Notes: generated from the sequence alone by a model not told the origin. Shown: positions 9,479 through 17,898, counted from the stretch's first letter. The stretch is DNA of 18,278 bases from Prevotella sp. (GCA_031285625.1 JAITVV010000049.1:1-18278), one strand, 5' to 3'. A program made the numbers and translations.

Positions 9479-9486
9479 TAATTTTG
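9479..9486 (+). promoter_or_regulatory. Possible internal -7 promoter element for the enzyme cluster
   Basis: TAATTTTG is an exact TAnnTTTG, 23 nt before the ATG at 9510. There is no clear -33 element. Confidence 0.4.
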
Positions 9487-9509
9487 TAACATATCTAACC
9501 AACCGGACC

Positions 9510-11819
9510 ATGAAGAAAACGATCTTATTTATCATGCTTTGTTTCACAATATCTGCGAATGCCCAATGGATGTGGAATGCCGATAAAATGAATGAAATAA
9601 AAAGCAACCTGCATTCGTTTACTTATTCTAACGCATACCGGAGCCTTATCGGCGATGCTGAAAAATCCCTGCAGGGAGGAACTTATTCTGTTACCTTTAA
9701 GGAAGGCGTTGCTCCGAGCGGAGATAAACATGATTATGTGAGTCTTAGCCGTTATGTATGGCCCGATCCATCCAAGAAAGACGGGCTTCCGTATATAACC
9801 CGGGACGGAGAGTCAAATCCTGAGTTGGAAAAATATGACCGGAATCCTCTGGGGAATATGGCCGGTTCGGTTACTACGCTGTCGTTGGCATATTATTATA
9901 GTGGAGATGAGCGTTACGCCCGGAAAGCAGTGGATTTGTTGAGGATATGGTTCCTTGATAAAAATACAAAAATGAATCCTCATCTGGCTTATGCTCAGTT
10001 TATACCGGGACAGAATGATAATAAAGGACGCCCTTACGGACTGATCGACACATATTCGTTTGTAGATATGCTCAATGCTGTAAAACTCTTGGAGACATCG
10101 AGTAATTATACATCCAAAGATAGAGACGGACTGCAACAATGGTTCGGCCGGTTCAAAGAATGGTGGCAGACCAGTGAACAGGCGATAGCTGAAAAAAACG
10201 GGAAAAATAATCACGGACTTGCATATGATGTGCAGCTTGTTATGTATTCATTGTTCTCAGGAGATAACGAGACTGCTTTGAAAGTTATTAATACATTTCC
10301 CAAAGTCCGCTTGTTTGACCAGATTATGCCTGATGGCAGCCAGCCTCATGAATTAAGAAGGACACTTGCTTACCACTACTCGGCATATAATCTGTATTTT
10401 ATGGTAGATATGACTGCCATAGCAAAAAATCAGGGAATAGAATTATATAAGATGCAGTCGGCCGATGGCAGGTCGTTATATAAAGCGATTGACTTTCTGT
10501 CTCCATACTTGGGCAAGAGCCAATCTGATTGGCCCTATGAGCAGATCAGTGGGTGGGATGGCGCGTTACAATCCTTATGTAAGGAATTGTACAGAGTGAG
10601 TACGATCGATCCTTCCCGTCAGGATTATTTGCTGTTGTATAAAACTTATAGCAAGCAAGGCTTGTCGGATCGCAACAGGTTGCTTTATGGTGCAACAGAC
10701 CCTGTCGAAGAAGCTTTTACTTTTGCAGGAAAGCAATTCCAGTATGCCTATACATGTATTGACAATGTAATGGCTAAATCAAAAAATACGAAAAAGGCTA
10801 TTCCACGTACTATTAATAAAGATGGAAGTCTCCGTCTGATTGATCCCCGCGATTGGTGTTCCGGCTTCTTTCCGGGTTCACAATGGTTTATGTACGCCTA
10901 TACCAAAGACGATAAATGGAAGGTAGCAGCAGACAAGTACAGTAAGATAATAGAAGAAGAGAAATTCGACCGTACATCTCATGACGTAGGTTTCAAAATA
11001 TTCAGTTCTTATGGGAATGGATATAAACTGACAGGTAATGAGTCTTATAAACAAGTTATAATTGAGGCGGCAAAAACATTGATCAAACGTTTCAGTGCAA
11101 AAACAGGGTTGATACGCTCATGGGATTTCAATCGTAAAGTTTGGCAATATCCTGTTATCATAGACAATATGATGAACCTTGAATTACTGTTCGAAGCCTC
11201 GAAATATACAGGAGACAAGATATATTACGACATTGCAGACAGACATGCTGAAACTACATTGAAAAATCATTTTCGTGACGATTATTCATCGTTCCATGTA
11301 GTGGATTATGATACAATAACAGGAAAAGCACGTCTTAAGCAGACTCATCAGGGCTTTTCAGATCCGTCGGCATGGGCACGCGGGCAGGCATGGGGATTAT
11401 ATGGCTTTACCATGTCATACAGATATACGCAAAAAGCCGAATATCTGAAACAGGCGGAAGGAATAGCCGGTTTTATGTTTACGAACCACAATCTTCCTGA
11501 AGATATGATACCTTATTGGGATTATAACGATACGGCCATACCGAACGCGCCGAGAGATGCTTCCGCCGCCGCAATATCGGCATCGGCATTATACGAATTG
11601 GCTCAGTATGCTCCTGAAAAGAAAGACTTGTATATGAAGTGGGCTGATACTATTTTGGCTAATCTCATCCAATATTACGAGACAAAGGTCGGTACCGACT
11701 ATGGATTTCTGCTTCTTCATTCTACCGGACACAAACCCGGTGGGGATGAAATAGATGTTCCTATCAGCTATGCCGATTATTATTTCTTGGAAGCATTACT
11801 TAGGCGAAATAAATTGTGA
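9510..11819 (+). CDS. Bimodular polysaccharide lyase (PF05426, PL38-like) - GH88 unsaturated glucuronyl hydrolase fusion
   Basis: Signal peptide (ANA-Q). Residues ~18-395 carry HDYVSLSRYVWPDP..GLPYITRDGESNPE, NNHG (N233) and ELRRTLAYHY. Residues ~397-769 carry GH88 motifs DWCSGFFPG, HDVGF, IIDNMMNLELL, WARGQAW, RDASAAAI and YADYYFLEAL. Confidence 0.88.
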   Translation: MKKTILFIMLCFTISANAQWMWNADKMNEIKSNLHSFTYSNAYRSLIGDAEKSLQGGTYSVTFKEGVAPSGDKHDYVSLSRYVWPDPSKKDGLPYITRDGESNPELEKYDRNPLGNMAGSVTTLSLAYYYSGDERYARKAVDLLRIWFLDKNTKMNPHLAYAQFIPGQNDNKGRPYGLIDTYSFVDMLNAVKLLETSSNYTSKDRDGLQQWFGRFKEWWQTSEQAIAEKNGKNNHGLAYDVQLVMYSLFSGDNETALKVINTFPKVRLFDQIMPDGSQPHELRRTLAYHYSAYNLYFMVDMTAIAKNQGIELYKMQSADGRSLYKAIDFLSPYLGKSQSDWPYEQISGWDGALQSLCKELYRVSTIDPSRQDYLLLYKTYSKQGLSDRNRLLYGATDPVEEAFTFAGKQFQYAYTCIDNVMAKSKNTKKAIPRTINKDGSLRLIDPRDWCSGFFPGSQWFMYAYTKDDKWKVAADKYSKIIEEEKFDRTSHDVGFKIFSSYGNGYKLTGNESYKQVIIEAAKTLIKRFSAKTGLIRSWDFNRKVWQYPVIIDNMMNLELLFEASKYTGDKIYYDIADRHAETTLKNHFRDDYSSFHVVDYDTITGKARLKQTHQGFSDPSAWARGQAWGLYGFTMSYRYTQKAEYLKQAEGIAGFMFTNHNLPEDMIPYWDYNDTAIPNAPRDASAAAISASALYELAQYAPEKKDLYMKWADTILANLIQYYETKVGTDYGFLLLHSTGHKPGGDEIDVPISYADYYFLEALLRRNKL

Positions 11820-11834
11820 GATATGTTAGTATTT

Positions 11835-11864
11835 ATCTGCTTAATCTGAAAGGGTTAAGCAGAT
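11835..11864 (+). other. Intergenic RNA hairpin with GAAA tetraloop
   Basis: ATCTGCTTAATCT-GAAA-GGGTTAAGCAGAT forms a 13-bp stem with two G.U pairs. It has no long U tract. Confidence 0.65.
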
Positions 11865-11927
11865 TTCTCGCTGCAATTTTATTTCTATAAACAAAATATT
11901 AAAACTTAAACTTAAATTATTTTTATC

Positions 11928-13154
11928 ATGAAGTATCCGCTTATTATTTGCAGTCTGGTATTTTTATCATTTTTATCATGTAAAAATCAGCAAAGTAATG
12001 AAGATATTGTAAAAAAAGATTTTGATTTTGCTGCGTCACAGTTGGCTTTTGCAATGACAGAAGTAAATAAGGCTCTGGCTGAGGATAGCGCTGCCGCAAG
12101 GAAAATGCTAGTCTCTCCCCGCACAATCGGGCCTGACGGTAAACTGAAGCTGGTTGCTTCCCGCGACTGGTGTTCAGGATTTTTTCCGGGTTCATTATGG
12201 TACATGTACGAGTACACGAAGGATAAAAAATGGGAAGATGCAGCCCGTAAATACACCGGCCCTTTGGAACGTGAAAAGACAAATGGCGGTACGCACGATA
12301 TGGGATTCAAAGTATATTGCAGTTTTGGCAATGGATACCGTCTGACAAATGATGAAAATTATAAGAATATCGTGTTGGAGTCGGCTTATACTCTGATTAC
12401 ACGATACCGGCCGAATGCTAAGATTATCCGTTCATGGGATCATAATAAGGATAAATGGCAATGCCCTGTGATTATAGACAATATGATGAATCTCGAACTA
12501 CTCTTCTGGGCGTTTAAAGAAAGCAAAGATTCAACATTTTACAACATAGCGGTTAATCATGCCCATACTACAATAAAAAATCATTTTCGTGAAGATTACG
12601 GTACATACCATGTGATCGATTACGATACAATCACAGGTGAAGTCCTTAAAAGAAATACGCATCAGGGATTTGCAGACGGGTCTACTTGGGCTAGAGGTGA
12701 AGCTTGGGCTATTTACGGGTATACAATGTGCTACCGTGAAACCAAACTTCCTGAATTTTTGGAGCAGGCAAAGCATGTGGCGAATTTTATATTTACAAAT
12801 GCGAATCTTCCCGAAGACCTTATTCCTTATTGGGACTACAATGCACCGCAAATACCGGACGAACCACGTGATGTTTCGGCTGCGACAGTTACCGCTTCGG
12901 CTTTGTATGAATTAAGTACATACGATACGGAAAATGCCGCGAAATATAAAAAATGGGCTGATACTATACTCGAAAATCTGAGTAAAAACTATATGGCGAA
13001 ACAGGGAGAAGACAGGGGGTTCTTACTATTGCACAGTGTAGGATCCAAGCCCAGTAACTCTGAGGTGGATGTACCTTTGTCTTACGCTGATTATTATTTC
13101 CTTGAAGCATTGTTAAGGAAACAAACTCTCGGACAAACAGGTAAATTGTTTTAA
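11928..13154 (+). CDS. GH88 unsaturated glucuronyl hydrolase, lipoprotein
   Basis: 408 aa. Lipobox FLSC. Motifs DWCSGFFPG, HDMGF, IIDNMMNLELL, WARGEAW and YADYYFLEAL, with both catalytic-Asp motifs present. Confidence 0.92.
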   Translation: MKYPLIICSLVFLSFLSCKNQQSNEDIVKKDFDFAASQLAFAMTEVNKALAEDSAAARKMLVSPRTIGPDGKLKLVASRDWCSGFFPGSLWYMYEYTKDKKWEDAARKYTGPLEREKTNGGTHDMGFKVYCSFGNGYRLTNDENYKNIVLESAYTLITRYRPNAKIIRSWDHNKDKWQCPVIIDNMMNLELLFWAFKESKDSTFYNIAVNHAHTTIKNHFREDYGTYHVIDYDTITGEVLKRNTHQGFADGSTWARGEAWAIYGYTMCYRETKLPEFLEQAKHVANFIFTNANLPEDLIPYWDYNAPQIPDEPRDVSAATVTASALYELSTYDTENAAKYKKWADTILENLSKNYMAKQGEDRGFLLLHSVGSKPSNSEVDVPLSYADYYFLEALLRKQTLGQTGKLF

Positions 13155-13179
13155 TCGGACAAATCTTGAATTTTAGATA

Positions 13180-15648
13180 ATGAACAAATTATTCTGTAAG
13201 ATAATTTCAATCTGTATCTTTTCCGGTATTAGTTTGTCTGTTTTTTCGCAGATAAACTATTCTCAAAAGGTAAGGTTGAATGATGGATGGGAGTTTCTCC
13301 GTCAGGACTTGGGCAGCATATGGGAATCGGTAAGGCCTGTGGCAAACAGAGATGCTCCTGAGGCTGTCCCTTTGTGGTCGAAAGTATCTCTGCCTCATTG
13401 CTTCAATGCGGAAGATGGAGTCGATCCGGACGTCAATTATTACGAAGGGCCGGGTTGGTATCGCACCATGCTGGATGTGAATAATCCCTATACGAACGGA
13501 CGGACTATCCTTGAGTTTGAGGGTGCGGGACAGAAAACGGATGTTTATATATTCACTCAAAAAGTAGGTAGCCATGTCGGTGGATATGATGAGTGGACGG
13601 TGGACATAACGGATGCGATCAGCGATTTTTTGAAGAGTGGGGATGCAAAACGGTTCAACGGTAAAATACCATTATCCGTCCGGTGCGATAATACACGGGA
13701 TACAGAACTCATACCTTCGGATATGTCGGATTTTTCTATCTATGGAGGAATTTACCGTTATCTGAATCTGATTTATACTCCGGCAGTATCTTTTACCGGT
13801 ATTCAGGCAAATGCCTCTGTGGATGAAAAAGGAAAGCTTGGAAATCTTAAGATAAACGGACGTTTTTCTAATAAATCTACTGATGATTCAGCGTCTTTAA
13901 ATATTAAGGTATTCGATCCCAAAGGTAAATTGGTAAAAGAAGAGAATAGGACAATTTCAACCTTTACCGGACAGGAACTTTTATCTGTCGAGATAGCCAA
14001 GCCCTTGTTGTGGTCGCCTCAGTCTCCGAATCTTTATTCTTGTGAACTGACTTTATCATCTTCGTCGGGAACGATGACTTGCAAAGAGGTTTTTGGTTTC
14101 AGATATTTTGAGTTCAAAGACAAGGGGCCGTTTTACCTGAATGGAGGGCGTCTGTTACTCAAGGGCACACATCGTCACGAAGACCATGCGGGTGTTGGTG
14201 CAGCTATGACCGAAGAGCAGATTATACAAGAAATGCGACTGATGAAAGATATGGGAGTGAACTTCATTCGTTTAGGCCATTATCAGCAGTCCCGTATTGT
14301 TCTTGAGCAATGTGACAAGCTCGGTATATTGGTTTGGGAAGAAATTCCTTGGTGCCGTGGTGGACTTGGTGCCGATGTATATAAGGAGCAAGCTCGCAGG
14401 ATGCTGACTAATATGATTGAACAGCATCGCAATCACCTTTCGGTAATTCTATGGGGATTGGGAAACGAAAATGACTGGCCGAACGATTTTCCGGAATTTG
14501 ATAAAGAAAAGATACGTGGTTTCATGAGCGAATTGCATAATCTTTCTCATCGATTGGATAATACACGCCTGACCTGTATCCGCCGTTGCGACTTTTGTAA
14601 AGATATAGTAGATGTATATTCTCCTTCTGTGTGGGCAGGATGGTACAGGGGTTTTTATACTCAGTACAAAGAATTTACCCGGATGGAAATGGAAAAAGTA
14701 AACCATTTCCTTCATGTGGAGTGGGGGGGAGACAGCCATGCCCTGCGCCATGCCGAATACGATTATTCTGCAATAGAAAATAGTACTGATAAGAATGCCG
14801 CTTATGCCGAAATTGCTAAAGCATCGAAAGCAAAACAAGATTGGAGCGAATCATATATAACAGATATTATAGACTGGCATCTGAAGGAACAGGAAACTAT
14901 GCCTTGGCTTACAGGAACAGCTTACTGGCCTTTCAAAGACTTTTCTACACCCTTGCGTCCTACCAACCCTGTACTGTATGTGAATCAAAAAGGAGTAGTC
15001 GGTCGTGATCTCACACTGAAAGAGGTTTATTATGTATTCCAGTCATATTGGACAGAAATACCAATGGTACACATCTACGGACACACATGGCCTACCCGCT
15101 GGGGCAAGGCTGATGGAGAGAAGCTGATAAAGGTTTATTCCAACTGTGAAGAGGTGGAATTATTTCTCAACGGAAAGAGCTTAGGCACGAAGAAACGCAA
15201 CTCGCAGGATTTTCCCGCTGCCGGCCTTCGCTGGAATACTTTGCTTCAACAGGGGAAAAATACCGTGAGAGCTATAGGTACAAATGGAAAGGGGAAAAAA
15301 GTAGCAGTAAGCTTTGAAGACGAAATAACTTTTGAGTACGAAACAAGGCCATTTGGTAAACCTGCCGAAATAAAAGTAACGACATCAAAGGTTGATGATA
15401 ATACTGTATGGGTAGAAGCCGAACTCAGAGATGCTAATGGTATAGTATCTTTGGAGTCATCAGATTTTATTCGGTTCGAGTCTGCCGGTGATGGACAACT
15501 GATAAAGAATCAAGGTACATCTACGGGTTCGGGCAAAGTGCAGGCTTACAATGGTAAAGCTAAAATAAAGTTGGAAAAGAATAAGGGCAAATCGGTTGTA
15601 GCGGTAAAAGTAGATGGATTGAAAACCGTTTTTGTTACTATCGAATAA
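13180..15648 (+). CDS. GH2 glycoside hydrolase, probable beta-glucuronidase/hexuronidase
   Basis: 822 aa. Signal peptide (VFS-Q). GH2 motifs HVGGY, YGGIYR, LWSP..PNLY and GVNFIRLGHY. Acid/base in GNE430ND, nucleophile in VE514WG, NQKG (602-605) uronate-recognition motif, and C-terminal DUF4982-like VYSNCEEVELFLNGKSLG. Confidence 0.88.
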   Translation: MNKLFCKIISICIFSGISLSVFSQINYSQKVRLNDGWEFLRQDLGSIWESVRPVANRDAPEAVPLWSKVSLPHCFNAEDGVDPDVNYYEGPGWYRTMLDVNNPYTNGRTILEFEGAGQKTDVYIFTQKVGSHVGGYDEWTVDITDAISDFLKSGDAKRFNGKIPLSVRCDNTRDTELIPSDMSDFSIYGGIYRYLNLIYTPAVSFTGIQANASVDEKGKLGNLKINGRFSNKSTDDSASLNIKVFDPKGKLVKEENRTISTFTGQELLSVEIAKPLLWSPQSPNLYSCELTLSSSSGTMTCKEVFGFRYFEFKDKGPFYLNGGRLLLKGTHRHEDHAGVGAAMTEEQIIQEMRLMKDMGVNFIRLGHYQQSRIVLEQCDKLGILVWEEIPWCRGGLGADVYKEQARRMLTNMIEQHRNHLSVILWGLGNENDWPNDFPEFDKEKIRGFMSELHNLSHRLDNTRLTCIRRCDFCKDIVDVYSPSVWAGWYRGFYTQYKEFTRMEMEKVNHFLHVEWGGDSHALRHAEYDYSAIENSTDKNAAYAEIAKASKAKQDWSESYITDIIDWHLKEQETMPWLTGTAYWPFKDFSTPLRPTNPVLYVNQKGVVGRDLTLKEVYYVFQSYWTEIPMVHIYGHTWPTRWGKADGEKLIKVYSNCEEVELFLNGKSLGTKKRNSQDFPAAGLRWNTLLQQGKNTVRAIGTNGKGKKVAVSFEDEITFEYETRPFGKPAEIKVTTSKVDDNTVWVEAELRDANGIVSLESSDFIRFESAGDGQLIKNQGTSTGSGKVQAYNGKAKIKLEKNKGKSVVAVKVDGLKTVFVTIE

Positions 15649-15659
15649 AGAATATTGGG

Positions 15660-16838
15660 ATGAAAGTGTTTTTAGGTTATTATATAGTTTTTTTTAGTCT
15701 ATGTGTATTACATGTCTCGTGTAATACACATATTGACTGGAATAAAAATGCGGACATTGTTCTGCATGAAGAAATAAAGCAGAATGCTGCATGGGCATTA
15801 GAACAAACTCCTCAGACAATCACAGATTTCAGATGCGAGCGAAGTGCAGGCGGAGTACATGATTTTTATTCCGAAGGAGATTATTGGTGGCCTGATCCAT
15901 CAAATCCTGATGGACCCTATATAAGAAAAGATGGAGAAACAAATCCTGAAAATTTTATAGCACACAGGCAGGTGATGATTCGTTTTAGCAAGATAATAGG
16001 ATCGTTGGCTTCGGCATATGTTACAACGGGTGATGACAAATATGTACAAGCCGCTTTTAAGCACTTGAATGCATGGTTTGTAGATACTAACACCATGATG
16101 GCTCCCAACCTTCTGTATGCACAGGCTATAAAGGGTGTAAGCTTAGGTAGGGGTGTCGGCATAATAGACACAGTTCATCTGATGGAAGTTGCTCAGGGTG
16201 TTATTTGCATGCAAAACTCCAGATATGCAGACCCTGAAAGTCTGAAAGCGATAAAGAGGTGGTTCTCGGACTATATAGAGTGGCTGACCACTCATAAGAA
16301 TGGAATAGATGAAATGAATGCCAAGAACAATCACGGGACATGCTGGGTGATGCAGGTAGCTTCGTTTGCAAAACTTACAGGAAATGAAAATGTCTTAGAA
16401 CTTTGCCGCAAACGCTATAAAGAAGTCTTATTGCCAACTCAGATGGCTGAGAACGGAAGCTTTCCTCTTGAGTTGGAACGGACAAAACCTTACGGATATG
16501 CACTGTTTAATCTGGATGCAATGGCAACCATATGCCGGATACTGTCTGTCGAAAAAGATAATTTGTGGGAGTATACGGCAGATAAGGGGCAGAACATAAA
16601 GAAGGGTATTGAGTTTATGTATCCGTTCATCAAAGATAAATCAACATGGACTTATCCGCAGGATGTGATGTACTGGAATGATTGGCCTGTGGCACAACCT
16701 GCTCTTATTTTCGGAGCTGTTGCATATAATAACGAATCATATTTTGATCTATGGAAACAGTTGGATCATAATCCGGAGGTAGGTGAAGTGGAGCGAAATT
16801 TGCCAATAAGGAACCCTTTGATATGGATGAGAAATTAA
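15660..16838 (+). CDS. Polysaccharide lyase (PF05426 'alginate lyase' fold, PL38-like), probable lipoprotein
   Basis: 392 aa. Possible lipobox HVSC. Motifs HDFYSEGDYWWPDP..GPYIRKDGETNPE, GRGVGIIDT, NNHG (N223) and ELERTKPYGY. Homologous to the N-domain of 9510-11819. Confidence 0.85.
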   Translation: MKVFLGYYIVFFSLCVLHVSCNTHIDWNKNADIVLHEEIKQNAAWALEQTPQTITDFRCERSAGGVHDFYSEGDYWWPDPSNPDGPYIRKDGETNPENFIAHRQVMIRFSKIIGSLASAYVTTGDDKYVQAAFKHLNAWFVDTNTMMAPNLLYAQAIKGVSLGRGVGIIDTVHLMEVAQGVICMQNSRYADPESLKAIKRWFSDYIEWLTTHKNGIDEMNAKNNHGTCWVMQVASFAKLTGNENVLELCRKRYKEVLLPTQMAENGSFPLELERTKPYGYALFNLDAMATICRILSVEKDNLWEYTADKGQNIKKGIEFMYPFIKDKSTWTYPQDVMYWNDWPVAQPALIFGAVAYNNESYFDLWKQLDHNPEVGEVERNLPIRNPLIWMRN

Positions 16839-16938
16839 GCTGTTAAAATTCGGGATTAAACTCAACAATTTTATTCCTATTTATTGTTTAGTTTTCATTA
16901 CAGTACAGTACATCAAAGTAACTCCACCATCCCGCAAT

Positions 16939-17033
16939 GGCAGAAGTTATTCTTGCACCGTTAGTTATTTCCACGAACTTCTGTCCTCCAAACGGTTGGA
17001 AAGCCATGAGCTGGAAATAACCTTGAAATAACC
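16939..17033. repeat. Cluster of interleaved inverted and direct repeats
   Basis: Inverted pairs GGCAGAAGTT 16939-48 / AACTTCTGTC 16976-85 and GTTATTTCCA 16964-73 / TGGAAATAAC 17012-21. Hairpin TCCAA-acgg-TTGGA at 16987-17000. Direct repeat GAAATAACC at 17014-22 and 17025-33. Confidence 0.6.
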
Positions 17034-17042
17034 GCACTATCA

Positions 17043-17738
17043 TCACCCCCTCCCCCCTATTATACTTTTGCTTTCGTAATACCTTATCTTGTCTTTCAAT
17101 TCCCCCATCTCCTTTTCAATGGACGGTGTTATTTGTATATTATGCCTTTCGATGAAAGAAGAAAGTTTTTGTAACTCTGCCTGTGCCTGCGTCTTTTTGA
17201 TGTTGTAATAATAGGCGGATGTAAAGTCAAACTCGTCCTTTGTCATCATCAGCCGTGTGATGTCTTTCGGGGTGGTCTTATCCGACAGTTCTATTGGTAT
17301 ATCCGTATTGGCTTTTATATTCAAGTCTCTTTCTTCTTTCAGGATAGAGGATATATATACCAAGTCTTCTTTTGTCGGAGTATATTGCTTTTCCAGCATG
17401 TCGAAGTAACTGTTAAACCTCTCTTCCTTTTCGTCCCATTCGAGCTTGATTAGCCCGAAGCCGTGTATTGAGTAAGCCAGCACTTTCTTTATCAATCCCA
17501 TCAGTTCTTCTTTCCTTACTTTTACATACAGGTTTATATCACCTGTTGTCTGATCGAAGAAATAGGCGGGTTCTACCTTAAAGTAGTCGGCTATCGCCAG
17601 CAGGGTGTCTATTTTCGTGGAGTTAGCCTTTATCAGTTTGTGCAAACTCTGTTCGGTCATATTCAAATCGGAGGCTGCCTGTTTCATGCTGACGCCTTTC
17701 TTCTCACATAATTCACGTATTTTAGATAAATAGACCAT
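17043..17738 (-). CDS. XRE/Cro-CI family helix-turn-helix regulator with unknown C-terminal domain
   Basis: 231 aa. The N-terminal ~65 aa (KIRELCEKKGVSMKQAASDLNMTEQSLHKLI...TLLAIADYFKVEPAYFF) is a typical XRE HTH. The C-terminal part is unrecognised. Confidence 0.85.
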   Translation of the reverse strand: MVYLSKIRELCEKKGVSMKQAASDLNMTEQSLHKLIKANSTKIDTLLAIADYFKVEPAYFFDQTTGDINLYVKVRKEELMGLIKKVLAYSIHGFGLIKLEWDEKEERFNSYFDMLEKQYTPTKEDLVYISSILKEERDLNIKANTDIPIELSDKTTPKDITRLMMTKDEFDFTSAYYYNIKKTQAQAELQKLSSFIERHNIQITPSIEKEMGELKDKIRYYESKSIIGGRG

Positions 17739-17768
17739 TATTGCTTAATTATTTGTAAATATCGAACA

Positions 17769-17838
17769 TATTTGGATCTACAACTAAACTATTTATTTAG
17801 TATTTGGATTTTATTTATAACTTCGCGACTCAAATATA
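17769..17838. promoter_or_regulatory. Divergent control region: face-to-face -7 elements and candidate operator
   Basis: TAACTTCG (+, 17818-25) and CAAATATA (TATATTTG on minus, 17831-38). Palindrome ACTAAA-N7-TTTAGT at 17783-17801. Direct repeat TATTTGGAT at 17769-77 and 17801-09. Confidence 0.5.
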
Positions 17839-17898
17839 CAAAATATAATTTAGCATATACAGTTATTCTGATTTTTAACTTTTAATTTTTTATCGCTT

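Noticed and set aside
10840-13110. Nucleotide similarity between the two GH88 regions as a repeat or recent duplication
   Set aside because: Matches are limited to conserved motifs with many synonymous differences, indicating old paralogues.
14723-14729. G7 tract in GH2 as a phase-variation site
   Set aside because: It is short and explained by the Trp-Gly-Gly codons of the nucleophile motif.
58-16334. Numerous short antisense or alternate-frame ORFs (60-133 aa) in the ORF track
   Set aside because: They overlap well-supported genes or AT-rich intergenic DNA and have no recognisable motifs, so they are shadow ORFs.
9510-16838. Calling the locus a canonical alginate or GAG PUL
   Set aside because: There is no PL6/PL7/PL17, KdgF, sulfatase, PL8 or GH20 in the locus. 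The Pfam 'alginate lyase' label does not fix the substrate, although alginate activity is not excluded.
16950-17015. Twister-sister or HDV-like ribozyme (minus strand has GCTCAT and GGTGCAAG)
   Set aside because: No stem closes the TGCAAG loop, and the P3/P1.1 elements needed for HDV-like folds are absent.
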